Source of the DNA: Paraspadella gotoi
Lineage: Eukaryota > Animalia > Chaetognatha
DNA length: 64,000 bases
Reading direction: 5' to 3'
Assembly (NCBI GenBank): GCA_051294375.1
Contig: CM119265.1
Span: 16,238,896-16,302,895 of the forward strand
The first letter of the stretch is position 1; each line of letters opens with the position of its first letter. Both the position numbers and the translations under genes were made by a program. The notes below the pieces were generated by a model. That model worked only from the letters and a program-made list of their open reading frames with translations. It had not been told where the DNA came from and did no database searches. This document shows positions 44,129 to 56,295 of this stretch, piece after piece.

Positions 44129-47010
44129 TTGGGCGTCGGGACGAACGAGGCTCTATCCGTTGAAGAAAGCGGCGACGACTGCGAGGACAGTGCCGACGGC
44201 GGAGACGGCGGCGACGGTGTAGGAGGCGGCGACTGCTCTAATCTTTCCCCGTCGGAAAAGGAGATCGCTCGAATGGAGTTGTACGAGTACGACTACGACG
44301 AATACGACGATAAAGATGACGACGACGAAGACGACGAAGACGACGACGAAGAAAAGGTCGACGAATCGAAAATCGTGATCGAGATCGAAAGTCAAAAGGG
44401 TGAAAATCTCGAAAGAAGAGATGAAAAAGAAGGGATCGACGGGGACGGCGAAAATGACGACGACGACGACGACGATCGTGAAAAAGAGGAAGGCGACGTC
44501 GACGACGACGAAAACGAAGAATTCAAAGGACGAAGTCGCCTTTTTCGATCCGACGATCGCGAGGAGAAGAGAGAGACGGAGGGGAAGGTGGGAGACTTGA
44601 AGGAGGAGGAGGAAGAGGTGGAGGAGGAAAAGGAGGAGACGAGGAAGGAGGAAGAAAATAAGGCTGAGCAGAGAGAGAATAATTCGGAGGAGGAAAATTC
44701 TCTTTCCGAGGAAAATGAGAACCGAAATTGCGCGCCGGAAGACCCGCCTCGGCGCCGGGATCCGGAGAAGCGTCGCTCGCCCGACGAAGACGACGAAGAC
44801 CGTAAAGAGGAAAATAACGACGACGACGACGACAAAGAAGACGAGGAAAAATCAAAGAACAACGAGGAAGTCACCGTCGAAGGAGAAATTGCAGGCGACG
44901 TTTTTCCGGTCAAACAATTTTATGGATTTTTTTCGGGAGGGGGGACTGGGGGGGTAGGATTTTTTTCCCTTCGAGGAAGATGGCGGTAGGTGGAGATAGG
45001 CGGTAGGAGGCGGAAATAGGCGGGCAGGCAGGTAGAGATAAACCGGAGGGCAGGCGGAGATAAGCGGCCAAGCAGGTGGAGATCGGCAGGAAACTACAAT
45101 ATAGAAATCGTTGAGATAAGGACACGAAGACCGTGGGGTTCGAAAGAGAATCCCGCTTGACTGTGAGTGGAGAAAAGAAATGAAAACAGGAACGATTTCA
45201 TTAGGAAAGAAAGTCGGAAAGAGGACGTTCTTATAATTTGAGGTCCAAATACTTGAAAGGCTCACAGATGGGAGATCCCAGATGAGATTCGAAAGATGAC
45301 AGATAAGTTATAAGAGGTGAGAAAGGTCGAGAGATGAGAGATGAAAGATGCGCGGGAAACCGACGGAAGATGGCGCAGGAGATTGAAGAGACGGAAGCGA
45401 CTCGAAGGATAAAAATAGATTACGTTGGAGGTCGACGTCGAACGCAGACTTCCGACTGAAGAGTTAAGACACGTCCCAGTTATTTTTAGCTTATTTTTAA
45501 CGATAATAATCAGGCTTCTCGGATGGATAGGATAGGCGTAGTAATCGGGGTCGTTATTCTCTCTCTCTCTCTGTCTCTCTCGTCTGTCTCTCTCTCTCTC
45601 TCTCTCTTTCTCTTTAGCTGTCCACAATTTTAGTCCTTTCATTCATTCGTTGGGTCCTTAATTGATAATTATTTTATAATCAATTTCTTTTCCGTTCATT
45701 TACCGTTTTCTTTCATTAGTGCGTCGCCGGCAACGCCTCCAGCGCCCCGGGAATCCCGCCGACCGTAAAAGGCATCGAAACTGAGGGTAAGTCGGAAATC
45801 CGAGGCCACGAGTGAAATGTCGATTAGCAGCAGCGAAATCGATTCAACCAAAACAAAAAAAACCTGAAAACTTGAAAGTGGAGCGAAACTTTGGAAAAAA
45901 GATGTTAAAAATTCAGTGACGAACCGAAGTAATTTTGACGAAGCCGCCAACGCAAACTCGAATACCGACGACAAGGCCAACGCCAACGCCAACGCCAACG
46001 CCAACGCCGGCGGAAACTCAAAATGTGACAAAGAGACAAAAAGGTAAGTAAAAAACCTTCATTTGAAAAAAAAACATCTGTCAATCTTTTTTTAATTTCT
46101 TTTTTTTTGTTGTTGTTGTTTTTTTACTTTTTTCCCTCCATCTCGATTTTTTTAGTTTGCCAAGGGTGAAAATTGGCTGAGAAAATAAAATATAGTTTTT
46201 ATTTTTAATTTTTAGTAGAATGATGGACTGGTTGGTTGTATTTTAACAAAGTTAGATCTATTACTTTGTAAGATGCTTTGGTAGATTCTGTGCTTAGTAT
46301 TTATTTTTAATTCTTTTATCCCTTATCTTTTCTCCTTACGTTTCGTTTAAAACGTTCGTGACTGGTGAACATTTGTCGCCTTATCTCAAAAAAGAGTCGC
46401 CCTGTCTCTTTCCATTGCCGTCTTTTTCTCGCTGACAAGCGACCCCGAGAGAAACGGACGTTCGGGGTCAGCGATTTTCAGTTTTGTTTTTTTGTTTTTT
46501 TAAATATCCGGGTCTTTTCACATTTTTTTTTAGAGGAAGGAGGAATGGTTCTCAGTGCCGCCTTTAAAACGCCATCATGATGATGAAGATGATGATTGAT
46601 TGATTGATTGATTGATTGATTTATTGATTTGTTGGTAAGTTGGTTGGTTGGTTTGGTGGTTGGTTGGTTGGTCAGCCGAGAGTCATGGCGATTTAATAAC
46701 GGGCTTCGGTATGACCCTGTCGAAGGAAATTTATTGTTTTCTATGCATCATTTGAATTCCAGAGACTCTTTTTCTTTTTCTTATCTTGCCTCCTTTTTCT
46801 TTCCCTCTTTTCATTTTTCTCTCACTTTCGTCCTTTGTCAAATGAAACCCTTTTTTCAGTCTCTCGCCAGGTGACCTTTCGACCTCCATCCCGCGCAGGT
46901 TCGCGAATCTGAGTCGCCATCATCTCCTGGTGAAAACCTTGATCTCTACGTTGAACGGGGAAGAGACGACTTATTTTAAAGGCGAGAGAGAGAGAGGGAG
47001 AGGGAGAGGG

Positions 47011-47045
<35 letters not shown>

Positions 47046-47103
47046 AGAGGAGAGAGTGGAAAAGAAAAAAAATCTGAAAAAGGATAGCAAAGTAAGACAG
47101 GAA

Positions 47104-47176
<73 letters not shown>

Positions 47177-47246
47177 AGAGAGAGAAAGAGAGAGAAAGAG
47201 TGGGAAAAAGAAAAAAAGCTGAAAAAGAATAACAAAGAATAGACAG

Positions 47247-47310
<64 letters not shown>

Positions 47311-47410
47311 AGAGAGAGAAAGAGAGAGAAAGAGTGGGAAAAGAAAAAAAAGCTGAAAAAGAATAGCAAAGAATAGACAGAAAAAAATAAAGAGAGAGAG
47401 AGAGAGAGAA

Positions 47411-47456
<46 letters not shown>

Positions 47457-48091
47457 TTTGACGCTTTTCGACTCCACTATTTCAGGATGTTAAGCGCCGA
47501 GGAGCGAGCCTTGTCTTCGCTGCCCCCTTTTAAGCTGTGGTGTTCCAATCCTCCTTGTCAAGTCTCCGTGGATTCCGGAGTCGCCAAAGGAGGAGGTGCA
47601 TTTGTTATGGATCAAAAGTGGGATGGGATTGTAGAAAGAGAAAAGAGAGAAAGGGACAAAGAGAGAAACAGTTATAGAAAGAAAGTTATCGTGAGAGGAA
47701 AGTGGAAGTGAAAGCTTTTTTAATGTAGAAAAAATAGTGAAAGAAAGAAAATAAGAAAAAGTAAAAAAAAAAAAAAAAAAGAAGATTGTCTTTTTTGGCG
47801 ACCAGATTTCCCCCCCCCTCCTGCCCGTCGCCTCCTTGGTCTCCTCTCAAAAACTTGCCAGACCGACTAATTTGATTCCCGACGGACCCTTGACCGCCCG
47901 AGGGGGTGGGGTTGGAAATGAGGCCCATAATCCATCGGTCTCGAACCCTGGTCTTTTTGACGAGAAGAGGCGACGGATAAAACTTTTGTTTTTGTCGTTC
48001 GGTCGCTCGCGACGCGAGCAGCATCGTTTGTCAATGTCCGCGTTTAGCGACTTCTGTCTCTCGTTTTTTTTTTGGCGGACAAAACAAAACT

Positions 48092-48126
<35 letters not shown>

Positions 48127-48143
48127 CAGAGGAGAGAGAAGAG

Positions 48144-48202
<59 letters not shown>

Positions 48203-48553
48203 TTGCGTAACGCGTGGTTGCGCAAGCGGGAGGGCGAGGGAGTTTCTTTAGTTCATTCGCGCGAGAGCGATGGAGCGAATCTGGCGCCTACTGATTTCGA
48301 GGCGGCGACGAATTATGAGGATGAACTCGAGGGGCGCCGCTTTGGTCGCTGCGGCGGTTTTAATTGTGGGGGATGGTTGTGGTTGTCGCTGTGGATATCG
48401 TTGGACTTTGTTCCGGAGTTTTTCTGATCCAGTGATTTACATAAACGTTCTGGGAAAAATGGGGGCGTTGGAAGTTGAAGAATTAGGGTGGGAAAGAAAC
48501 TAAGGATCACTCGTTTCGCTGAGTGATTTTGATACTGTACACTCACTCGTGAT

Positions 48554-48633
<80 letters not shown>

Positions 48634-49080
48634 AGAGAGTGTCACGAAACTAGTAACGAACTAGTCTCAGTGGACCTCTCCTCGCTCGTTGACCCGTCAG
48701 GCTGTTACTGGGTGACGCCGTCGTCCACTTGCCTCGTCTTCGCCGGTGTGAAGCCCTGTGTCACTGGCTTGGTGGAAAGGTCCGAGTCCATCACGAGAGT
48801 CTGAGGCTCCGGTCTTGTGTCCTCTTGGTGGCCCTTCGCCCGCAAGTCTCTGGGCTTGTCTTGTACTTGTGGGGCAGTCTTTGGGGCTCGTGGCCCTAAC
48901 CACAGGACTAATGTAGAAAAGGTAGACTTGAGTGACGTGGCATCCTTGTCCGTAAAAGGCCGTTTGGGGACGGGTCTGAAGTCTGACTCTGAAACTGTGT
49001 GACTAGAAAAGTGAAGGAAACCGGTACAGGTAAGGCAAAGAAAGCAGACGAAAAAAGTACAAAGGAAACAAGTGAGCAAC

Positions 49081-49170
<90 letters not shown>

Positions 49171-50628
49171 TATGAAGCCGTTCGACGAAAGCATTTTCTT
49201 TTCGTTCCTAATAGTAATCTCCAAGTCCAAACCGTCCTGTACTGTTACACACTACACACTACACCCTACGAATAGCGTTCTTATTTTTTTAGATTCAAAT
49301 CAGGCGATTAAATAAACGAATAAGAAGAGAAGAGTTTAGGAGATTGAATCTCTGTGAATCATCCGGTTCGAGAGGTCGTGAAGCAGAAATCGGAGTGTGA
49401 AAATGGTAAAGCGTTTTTTTTTATCTGAAATAGCAGTAAAAAAAGTATAAAAAAAAACCCCGGTAGTAAAAAGGAAAACAAAAATATGGATAAAAAAGGG
49501 TTGGAGAAATGATTTCCTCCATTCCAAAGGTGAATGGGGATTTCCCTTTCTAACCCGAATTCCTTTTTCCTTTTTTTTTTTTTTTCTTTCCTCTTTTCGC
49601 TCCTTATCTTTTTCGCCTTCATCTTCTCCGCTTATTCTTCCCCCTCTCTCTCTCTTTTTCTCTGTCTTCCCTCTCCGCTCCCTCCCGCGTTGGTATTTTT
49701 TTCTTGTATCGAAAATCGGGAGACAAATGTTCCCATTTTTTTTTCTCTCTCGCGGGATTCGCGTGGAGGAAAATTTTTATCGCGAAAAACCCTGGAGGAA
49801 AATAAAGGAGATGAAGGGTTAAGGAGGCGTTAATGTGCGTCGAGAAAAAGGGGAAGGTTTTGTCACTTTTTTTGGCCGGATGACGAAATTTGTATCGAGG
49901 CCTAGTTCCGTGATTTCTAAGTCGAAAATACGTACGAAATACGACGCGACAGCTAAACAGTTGCAAAAGTTAGTGACGATATGAATTGGGATAAAAATTG
50001 GGCCTGGTTGAAATCGTGGTCATTGAGCGGATGGTTGGTTTGGACGCTAAGCGAGGAAATCGATCGTGAGACGCTCGTTCGGCGTTTCAGGATCCTCGCT
50101 CGTTTTTTGGTAAATGAGGCCCCTTCGACGCAGCCGGGGTGGGGATCCGGCGCGGCTCTGACGAGCGTGTCGAAGGCAGTTGGTTGAGGATTTCCCGTAA
50201 ATGATGGCCGTCGACTGTGGAGAATGGAGACCGCGGCAAAGAGGCCTTGAGAGGGTTGAGGACGGACGGTGGAGAAAGGGCGTCTCGGTAACGATCCGAC
50301 GAATATGGATAAACACTCGCTCTGTTGTGAATGGCGTCACGTTAAAAAAGATTTACTCTGGAAAACAGATTCATGGGCGTTGGATAAAGATTTTTAAACA
50401 AGAAGAATATTGAATCTTTGACCGAGAGATGGATGAAAGGATGCAAAGATGGATGAGACGGAGAGACGGATAAAGGGAGAATTGGACGCCTGGTTGGGAA
50501 GCGATGGAAGGATTAAGAAACTTTTTAATGGAAAAATATTTAAGCATAGAGGCTGCGCGGTCTGTAAAGAAAGAAAGGAATAATCAAGAACGAAATGAAG
50601 GTAATAAACAGAAAATGAGAGAGAGAGA

Positions 50629-50684
<56 letters not shown>

Positions 50685-51032
50685 GGAACTCTCTTGATAA
50701 AAGGGTCGAGGATTTGCCATGTATGACGAATGAGAAGAACACAAGAAAGAAGTGAATGAACTGCGCGGGCAAGAGAGAAAAAACAGTCGGGAAAAGGGGG
50801 AATTGATATCATAATTGAAGGGAACATGTCATTTGGACAAACGAAGAGAGAGATGATGATGATATTATTGATGCCCGAGCTTATATGTAGCTCTTAGTGC
50901 AATCATTTTTATAACGGAAGAATTTTTCCTGCCGCACGAGCTGTCTTAGGGCATTAATACTACATAACGGTTTAAAAATTATTCAGTACTACTACATTAA
51001 AATCGCCTTCCGCACGTGCGGTCTTAGGGCGT

Positions 51033-51121
<89 letters not shown>

Positions 51122-52448
51122 GAAATACAGCTGAGGAGAAGGAAAGAGCCCTTCTCTGACGGTCGCTGAACGACGAAAAACCTGAATGTGCCTTTTTTTT
51201 TATTCTTTATCCTTTTTTTTTCGTTTTAAATTTTGACTCAATATTCTGCGACGCTGTCGCCGTCGTGTCTTTGAGTCTTGACGAAGGCAAAAGCCAAGGC
51301 GGAGAGAAAATGCTAGATGACGAGCGGAATAATTTAGTCGAAGGAAAGAGGAGGAAAAAGTGGAGCTTTTTTTTTTCTTTTTTTTTTTTTTGACTGACGA
51401 GAATTGACGTGAATGTACGTTCGACGCGCGGATCGAATCTTTATCCCCGTATTCATTATAATCCTTTTGATGGAAAAGAACGAGGCTCTCGACGCGTATT
51501 ATGAAGGGCAGGGGGTTTTTTTTCGCTTGTGTTGTTTTTAGAATTTTAAATATGGAAATCGGTATAGTCACAAGTTGTATTTTTCTCAAGGAAAGACTTT
51601 TCGTTCCCAACTTTTCAATTTCGATATTTTGTATCTTTAACTATTTTGAAGGTTTTCTTTTCGCTAATCCTTAGCGGCGATTAATTAAAAGTCTTGCTTC
51701 GAATGATGACAGTATGCAGCACCCGCTGCAAATCAACCACCCCCCTCACTATAAGAGCTTAGTAGGGTGGATGACGGAAAATTTCACAGGGCTCGCTATC
51801 AAGCCAGAACGACTACATTAAGAGCTTAGTAGGTGGATGACGGAAAATATCACAGGCCTTGCTATAGAGCCAGAACGACTACACTATAAGAGCTTAGTAG
51901 GGTGGATGACGGAAAATATCACAGGGCCTTACTATCGAGCCAGAACGACTACACTTTAAGAGCTTAGTAGGGTGGATGACGGAAAATATCATCAGGCCAT
52001 TGCTATCGGATCCAGAAACCGACAGTACACTTTAAAGCTTAGTAGGGGTGGATGACGGAAAATATCACAGGGCCTTACTATCGACGCCAGAACGACTACA
52101 CTTTAAGAGCTTAGTAGGGTGGAGGATGGAAAATATCACAGGGCCTTGCTATCAAGCCAGAACGACTACACTATAAGAGCTTAGTAGGGTGGATGACGGA
52201 AAATATCACAGGGCCTCGCTATCGAGCCAGAACGACTATAGTAAGGTAACTACTCTCAATATATCGGGGAAATAAGATCCACCATCATTCAGGTTTGCCG
52301 ATCTCGTGTCGAGGATGCGGACTCATGCGGTATTGTTCAGAGGAGTGCGAAAAGTATCACCTCCGCTACTATCACACTTGCGAAGTCTACGAAGACGAAC
52401 AGAGTGTCGGGTGTGACGAATACTACGAGAACGATGGCGGAGGCGGCG

Positions 52449-52507
<59 letters not shown>

Positions 52508-52588
52508 GGCGGCGGCGGTGGTGAAATCGGTGGCTGCATTGGCGGCGGCGACTGTGACCAAAACGATTTTATTACGATTCGGTTGTAA
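39684..52588 (+). CDS. ~910-aa protein: helical (ARM-like) region, long acidic tract, C-terminal MYND-type zinc finger
   Basis: Phase-consistent exons 39684-39746, 39925-40156, 40238-40333, 40562-40709, 42769-42915, 43498-44908, 45720-45786, 45917-46043, (46860-46898), 47486-47595 and 52293-52588 total 2736 nt. The last junction builds WCSNPPC-x17-CRGC-GLMRYC-SEEC-EKYHLRYYHTC. Some small exons are tentative. Confidence 0.7.
47040..47450. repeat. Three-copy ~135-bp tandem unit with embedded (GA)n
   Basis: gagtgg(g)aaaag aaaaaaagctgaaaaagaata(g/a)caaag...agacag followed by (ga)n, repeated three times. Confidence 0.85.
51748..52241. repeat. 70-bp tandem minisatellite, ~7 copies
   Basis: Unit cactataagagcttagtagggtggatgacggaaaatatcacagggccttgctatcgagccagaacgacta, with no spacers. 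A degraded copy lies at ~57298-57785. Confidence 0.93.
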
Positions 52589-53014
52589 TTTCAGTTTTGC
52601 TTACTTTACGTAGCTTCACTTCAGTTCAAATCATCCAATATTGTTACACTGAATAAATGTTGAGTCTTACCTGTCAAGGCAACCGTTTTTACCGTTAAAA
52701 GAGATAAAGATGGGAGAAATTTTCTTTTTAAAGGGACGCTGCCGATTTTGGTTCCCGCCTATTATCATTTTGTAGCGATCTTTCAACGCCCTCGCTAAAC
52801 GGGGTTCAATTTGTCGCGATGTTCGTGCGATTAGGTTAGTTTCGGTAAAAGAAATCAATTTGGTTGCAGTGGAGGAAGTCAAGCTTGCCAAGATAAAGCA
52901 GGTTGCCAAATGCAAGTTTAAAATGGTCTGGCTTTTGCGTTTTAGCTCGTACTGTGTTTCCTTTGCTTTGGGAGGGTTTATATAAAGTTATTCCGCTTGT
53001 GTCACTTCGTTTGT

Positions 53015-53160
53015 GATGAATATAGCAAGGGACTTTAGTACGGCGGCATCTCGTCGGAACCTTGGTTGCTGCGGTTACGTCGACTCCTTACCGCTTTTCC
53101 GGGATCGAACCCGAGACGCACGATTGGGACGGTGCGTTAGCCTGTTCGGCCACATGGAAT
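53015..53160 (-). mobile_element. tRNA-derived SINE head
   Basis: Minus strand has A-box tggccgaacagg and B-box gggttcgatccc followed by a non-tRNA body, without a proper cloverleaf. A second copy is at ~59060-59190 inside the duplication. Confidence 0.6.
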
Positions 53161-53813
53161 AAGCCGATAGCAAATGGTATTGATTGATTAAGTTATTTAG
53201 AGACATTAATTTCTTGTTAAATCTAAAAACTATGTAACTTTCAAATGTAAAAAAATATTTATATATATTACTAAGACACTGTTTATTGTTTTCTGTGTCA
53301 AGTTCGATTGTTTAATGGTCAAACTCTAATTGTCCAATCGGTTGTTATCTTGAAATTGAAATGAAAGGTTGAACGAACTTCGATTTTTTCGTGGGGCGTT
53401 GAAAAGATTAAAGGAAGAAGCGGCCTTCATTTTAAAATGGGTGGATAAAGAATTAAGATAGAACAACCATTGGTTATAAAGGATCGACACTTTAACAAAG
53501 CAAAAGCAGCCTCTTAATCCCCCTTTTTGCCAAACTCTTCTCTCTCTCTCCTCTCTCTCTCTCTCCTCTCTCTCCCCGTCCTAATTGTTTTGTTTCCAAT
53601 TTGGAAGGAGGACGCTAAATCGATCAAGGCCTTTTCCATATGTAGTCTTACCTCGAAACGCGAAACTCCCTCTCGCTCGCTGCTCGTTCTGCCGTCGGCG
53701 AGAAAGGTTTCCACGCGTGCTTGGTCGCTTTGCTTGGTTGTCCATGCTGTCGTGCTTGTCGTTTCCGCTCTCTTGTCTCATCTCCGAGATTAAGTGGGTT
53801 GCGACCGCGCGCT

Positions 53814-53838
53814 NNNNNNNNNNNNNNNNNNNNNNNNN
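53814..53838. other. Scaffold gap (25 N)
   Basis: Run of N at the junction of the duplicated segments. Confidence 1.
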
Positions 53839-54256
53839 GGAAAAGGAAGAGAGAGAGGAGAGAGAGAGAGAGAGAGAGAGAGTGTTGCGTAACGCGTGTT
53901 GCGCAAGCGGAGGGCGAGGGAGTTCTTGTAGTTCATTCGCGCGTAAGAGCGATGGAGCGAATCTGCGCCTTACGATTTCGAGGCGGCGACGAATTATGAG
54001 GATGAACTCGAGGGGCGCCGCTTGGGCTCACCTGCGGCGGTTTAAATTGTGGGGGATGTTGTGGTTGCGCTGTGATTATCGTTGGCTTGTCCGGAGTTTT
54101 TTCTGATCCATGATTTACATAAACTTTGGGAAAAATGGGGGCGTTGGAAGTGAAGATTAGGGCTGGGAAAGAAACTAAGGATACTCGTTTCGCTGATGAT
54201 TATTGATACTGTACACTCACTCGTGAATGAAGAGAGAGAAGAGAGACAGAGAGAGA

Positions 54257-54288
<32 letters not shown>

Positions 54289-54738
54289 AGAGAGAAGGAG
54301 AATGTCACGAAACAGTAACGAACTAGTCTCAGTGAGACCTCACTCCTCGTCTCGTTTGACCCGTCAGGCTGTTACTGTGACGCCGTCGTCCACTTGCCCT
54401 CGTCCTTCGCCCGTGTGAAGCCCCGTGTCACTGGCTTGTGGAAAGGTCCGAGTCATCACGAGACTGAGGCTCCGGTCTTTGTTCCTCTTGGTGGCCTTGC
54501 CCGAAGTCTCATGGGCTTGTCTTGTCTTGTGGCAGTCTTTTGGGGCTCGTGGCCCTAACCACCAGGACTCAATGTAGAAAGTAGACTTAGAGTGAGTGGA
54601 TCCTTGTCCCGTAAAAGGCCGTTGGGACGGTCATGAAGTCTGACGTCTGAAACTGTGTGACGAGAAAGTGAAGGAAACCGGTACAGGTAAGCAAAGAAAG
54701 CAGACGAAAAAGACAAAGGAAAGTGACAACCAAGAGAG

Positions 54739-54777
<39 letters not shown>

Positions 54778-56242
54778 AGAGAGAAGACAGAGGAGAGAGA
54801 GAGAATGAATATGAAGCCGTTCGACCATGCATTTTCTTTCGTTCCTAATATAATTCCCAAGTCCAACACCGTCCTGTACTGTTACACACACTACATACTA
54901 CACCCTACGAATAGCGTTCTTATTTTTTTTTTAAGATTCAAATCAGGCGTTAAATAAACGAATAAGAAGAGAAGAGTTTAGGAGATTGATTCTCTGTGAA
55001 TCATCCGGTTCGAGAGGTCGTGAAGCAGTAAACGGAGTGTGAAAATGGTAAGCGTTGTTTTTTTATCTGAAATAGCAAAGTAAAAAAGTATAAAAAAAAA
55101 CCCCGTAAGTAAAAAGGAACAACAAAAATATGGATAAAAAAGGGTTGGAGAAATTGATTTCTCCATTCCAAAGGTGAATGGGGATTTCCCTTTCAACACC
55201 AATTCCTTTTCCTTTTTTTTTTTTTTTCTTTCCTTTTTCGTCTTATCTTTCGCCTCATCTTTCTCTCGTTATTCTTCCCCCCTCTCTCTTTTTCTCTTGC
55301 TTCCCTCCCTCTCCTTCCCCGGATTTTTTTCTTGTATCAAAATGGAGACACAAATGTCCCTATTTGTTTTTCTCTCTGCGGATTCGGTGGAGGAAAATTT
55401 TTATCGCGAAACAACCCTGGAGGAAAAAAATATAAGGAGAATGAAGGGTTAAGGAGGCGTAATGTGCGTCGAGAAAAAGGGGAGGTTTTGTCATTTTTTT
55501 GGCGGATAAGAAATTTGTATGAGCTATTTCCAGTGATTTCTAAGTCGAAAATACGTACGAAATACGACGCGACTAGCCATAACAGTTGCAAAAAGTTTAT
55601 GACGATAATGAATTGGGATAAAAATTGGCCGCCTGGTTGATCGGTGGTCATTAGAGCGTATGGTGTGGTTGGACGCTAAGCGAGAAATCGATCGTAGACA
55701 CCGCTCGTTCGGGGCGGTTTCAGATCCTCCGCTCGGTTTTTTGGTAAATAGGCCCCTTCACGCAGCGGGGTGGGGGATCACGGCGCGGCTCTGACGAGCG
55801 TGTCGTAAGCGCATTGGTTGAGGATTTCCCCGTAAATGTGGCCGTCGACTGTGAGAATGGAGACCGCGGCAAAGAGGCTTGAGAGGGTTGAGACGGACGG
55901 TGGAGAAAGGGCGTTCGTAACGATCCGACGAATATGGATAAACACTCGCTCTGTTGTGAATGGCGTCACGTTAAAAAAGATTTACTCTGGAAAAAACAGA
56001 TTCATGGGCGTTGGATAAAGATTTTAAACAAGAAGAATATTGAATCTTGACGAGAGATGGATGAAAGGATGCAAAGATGGATGAGACCGAGAGACGGATA
56101 AACGGAGAATTGACGACGCCTGGATGAAGCGATGAAGATATAAGAAACTTTTTAATGAAAAAATATTTAAGCATAGAGGCTGCGCGGTCTGTAAAGAAAA
56201 GAAAGGAATAATCAAGAACGAAATGAGTAATAAACAGAAAAT

Positions 56243-56295
<53 letters not shown>

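Noticed and set aside
43358-44989. 543-aa ORF as a standalone gene
   Set aside because: Both ends read like intron sequence; it is best explained as internal exon 43498-44908 of the MYND gene.
51748-52241. CRISPR-like appearance of the 70-bp and 40-bp arrays
   Set aside because: The units are contiguous with no unique spacers, there are no cas genes, and the DNA is eukaryotic.
53095-53160. tRNA gene
   Set aside because: A and B boxes are present, but there is no acceptor stem or anticodon arm; more consistent with a SINE head.
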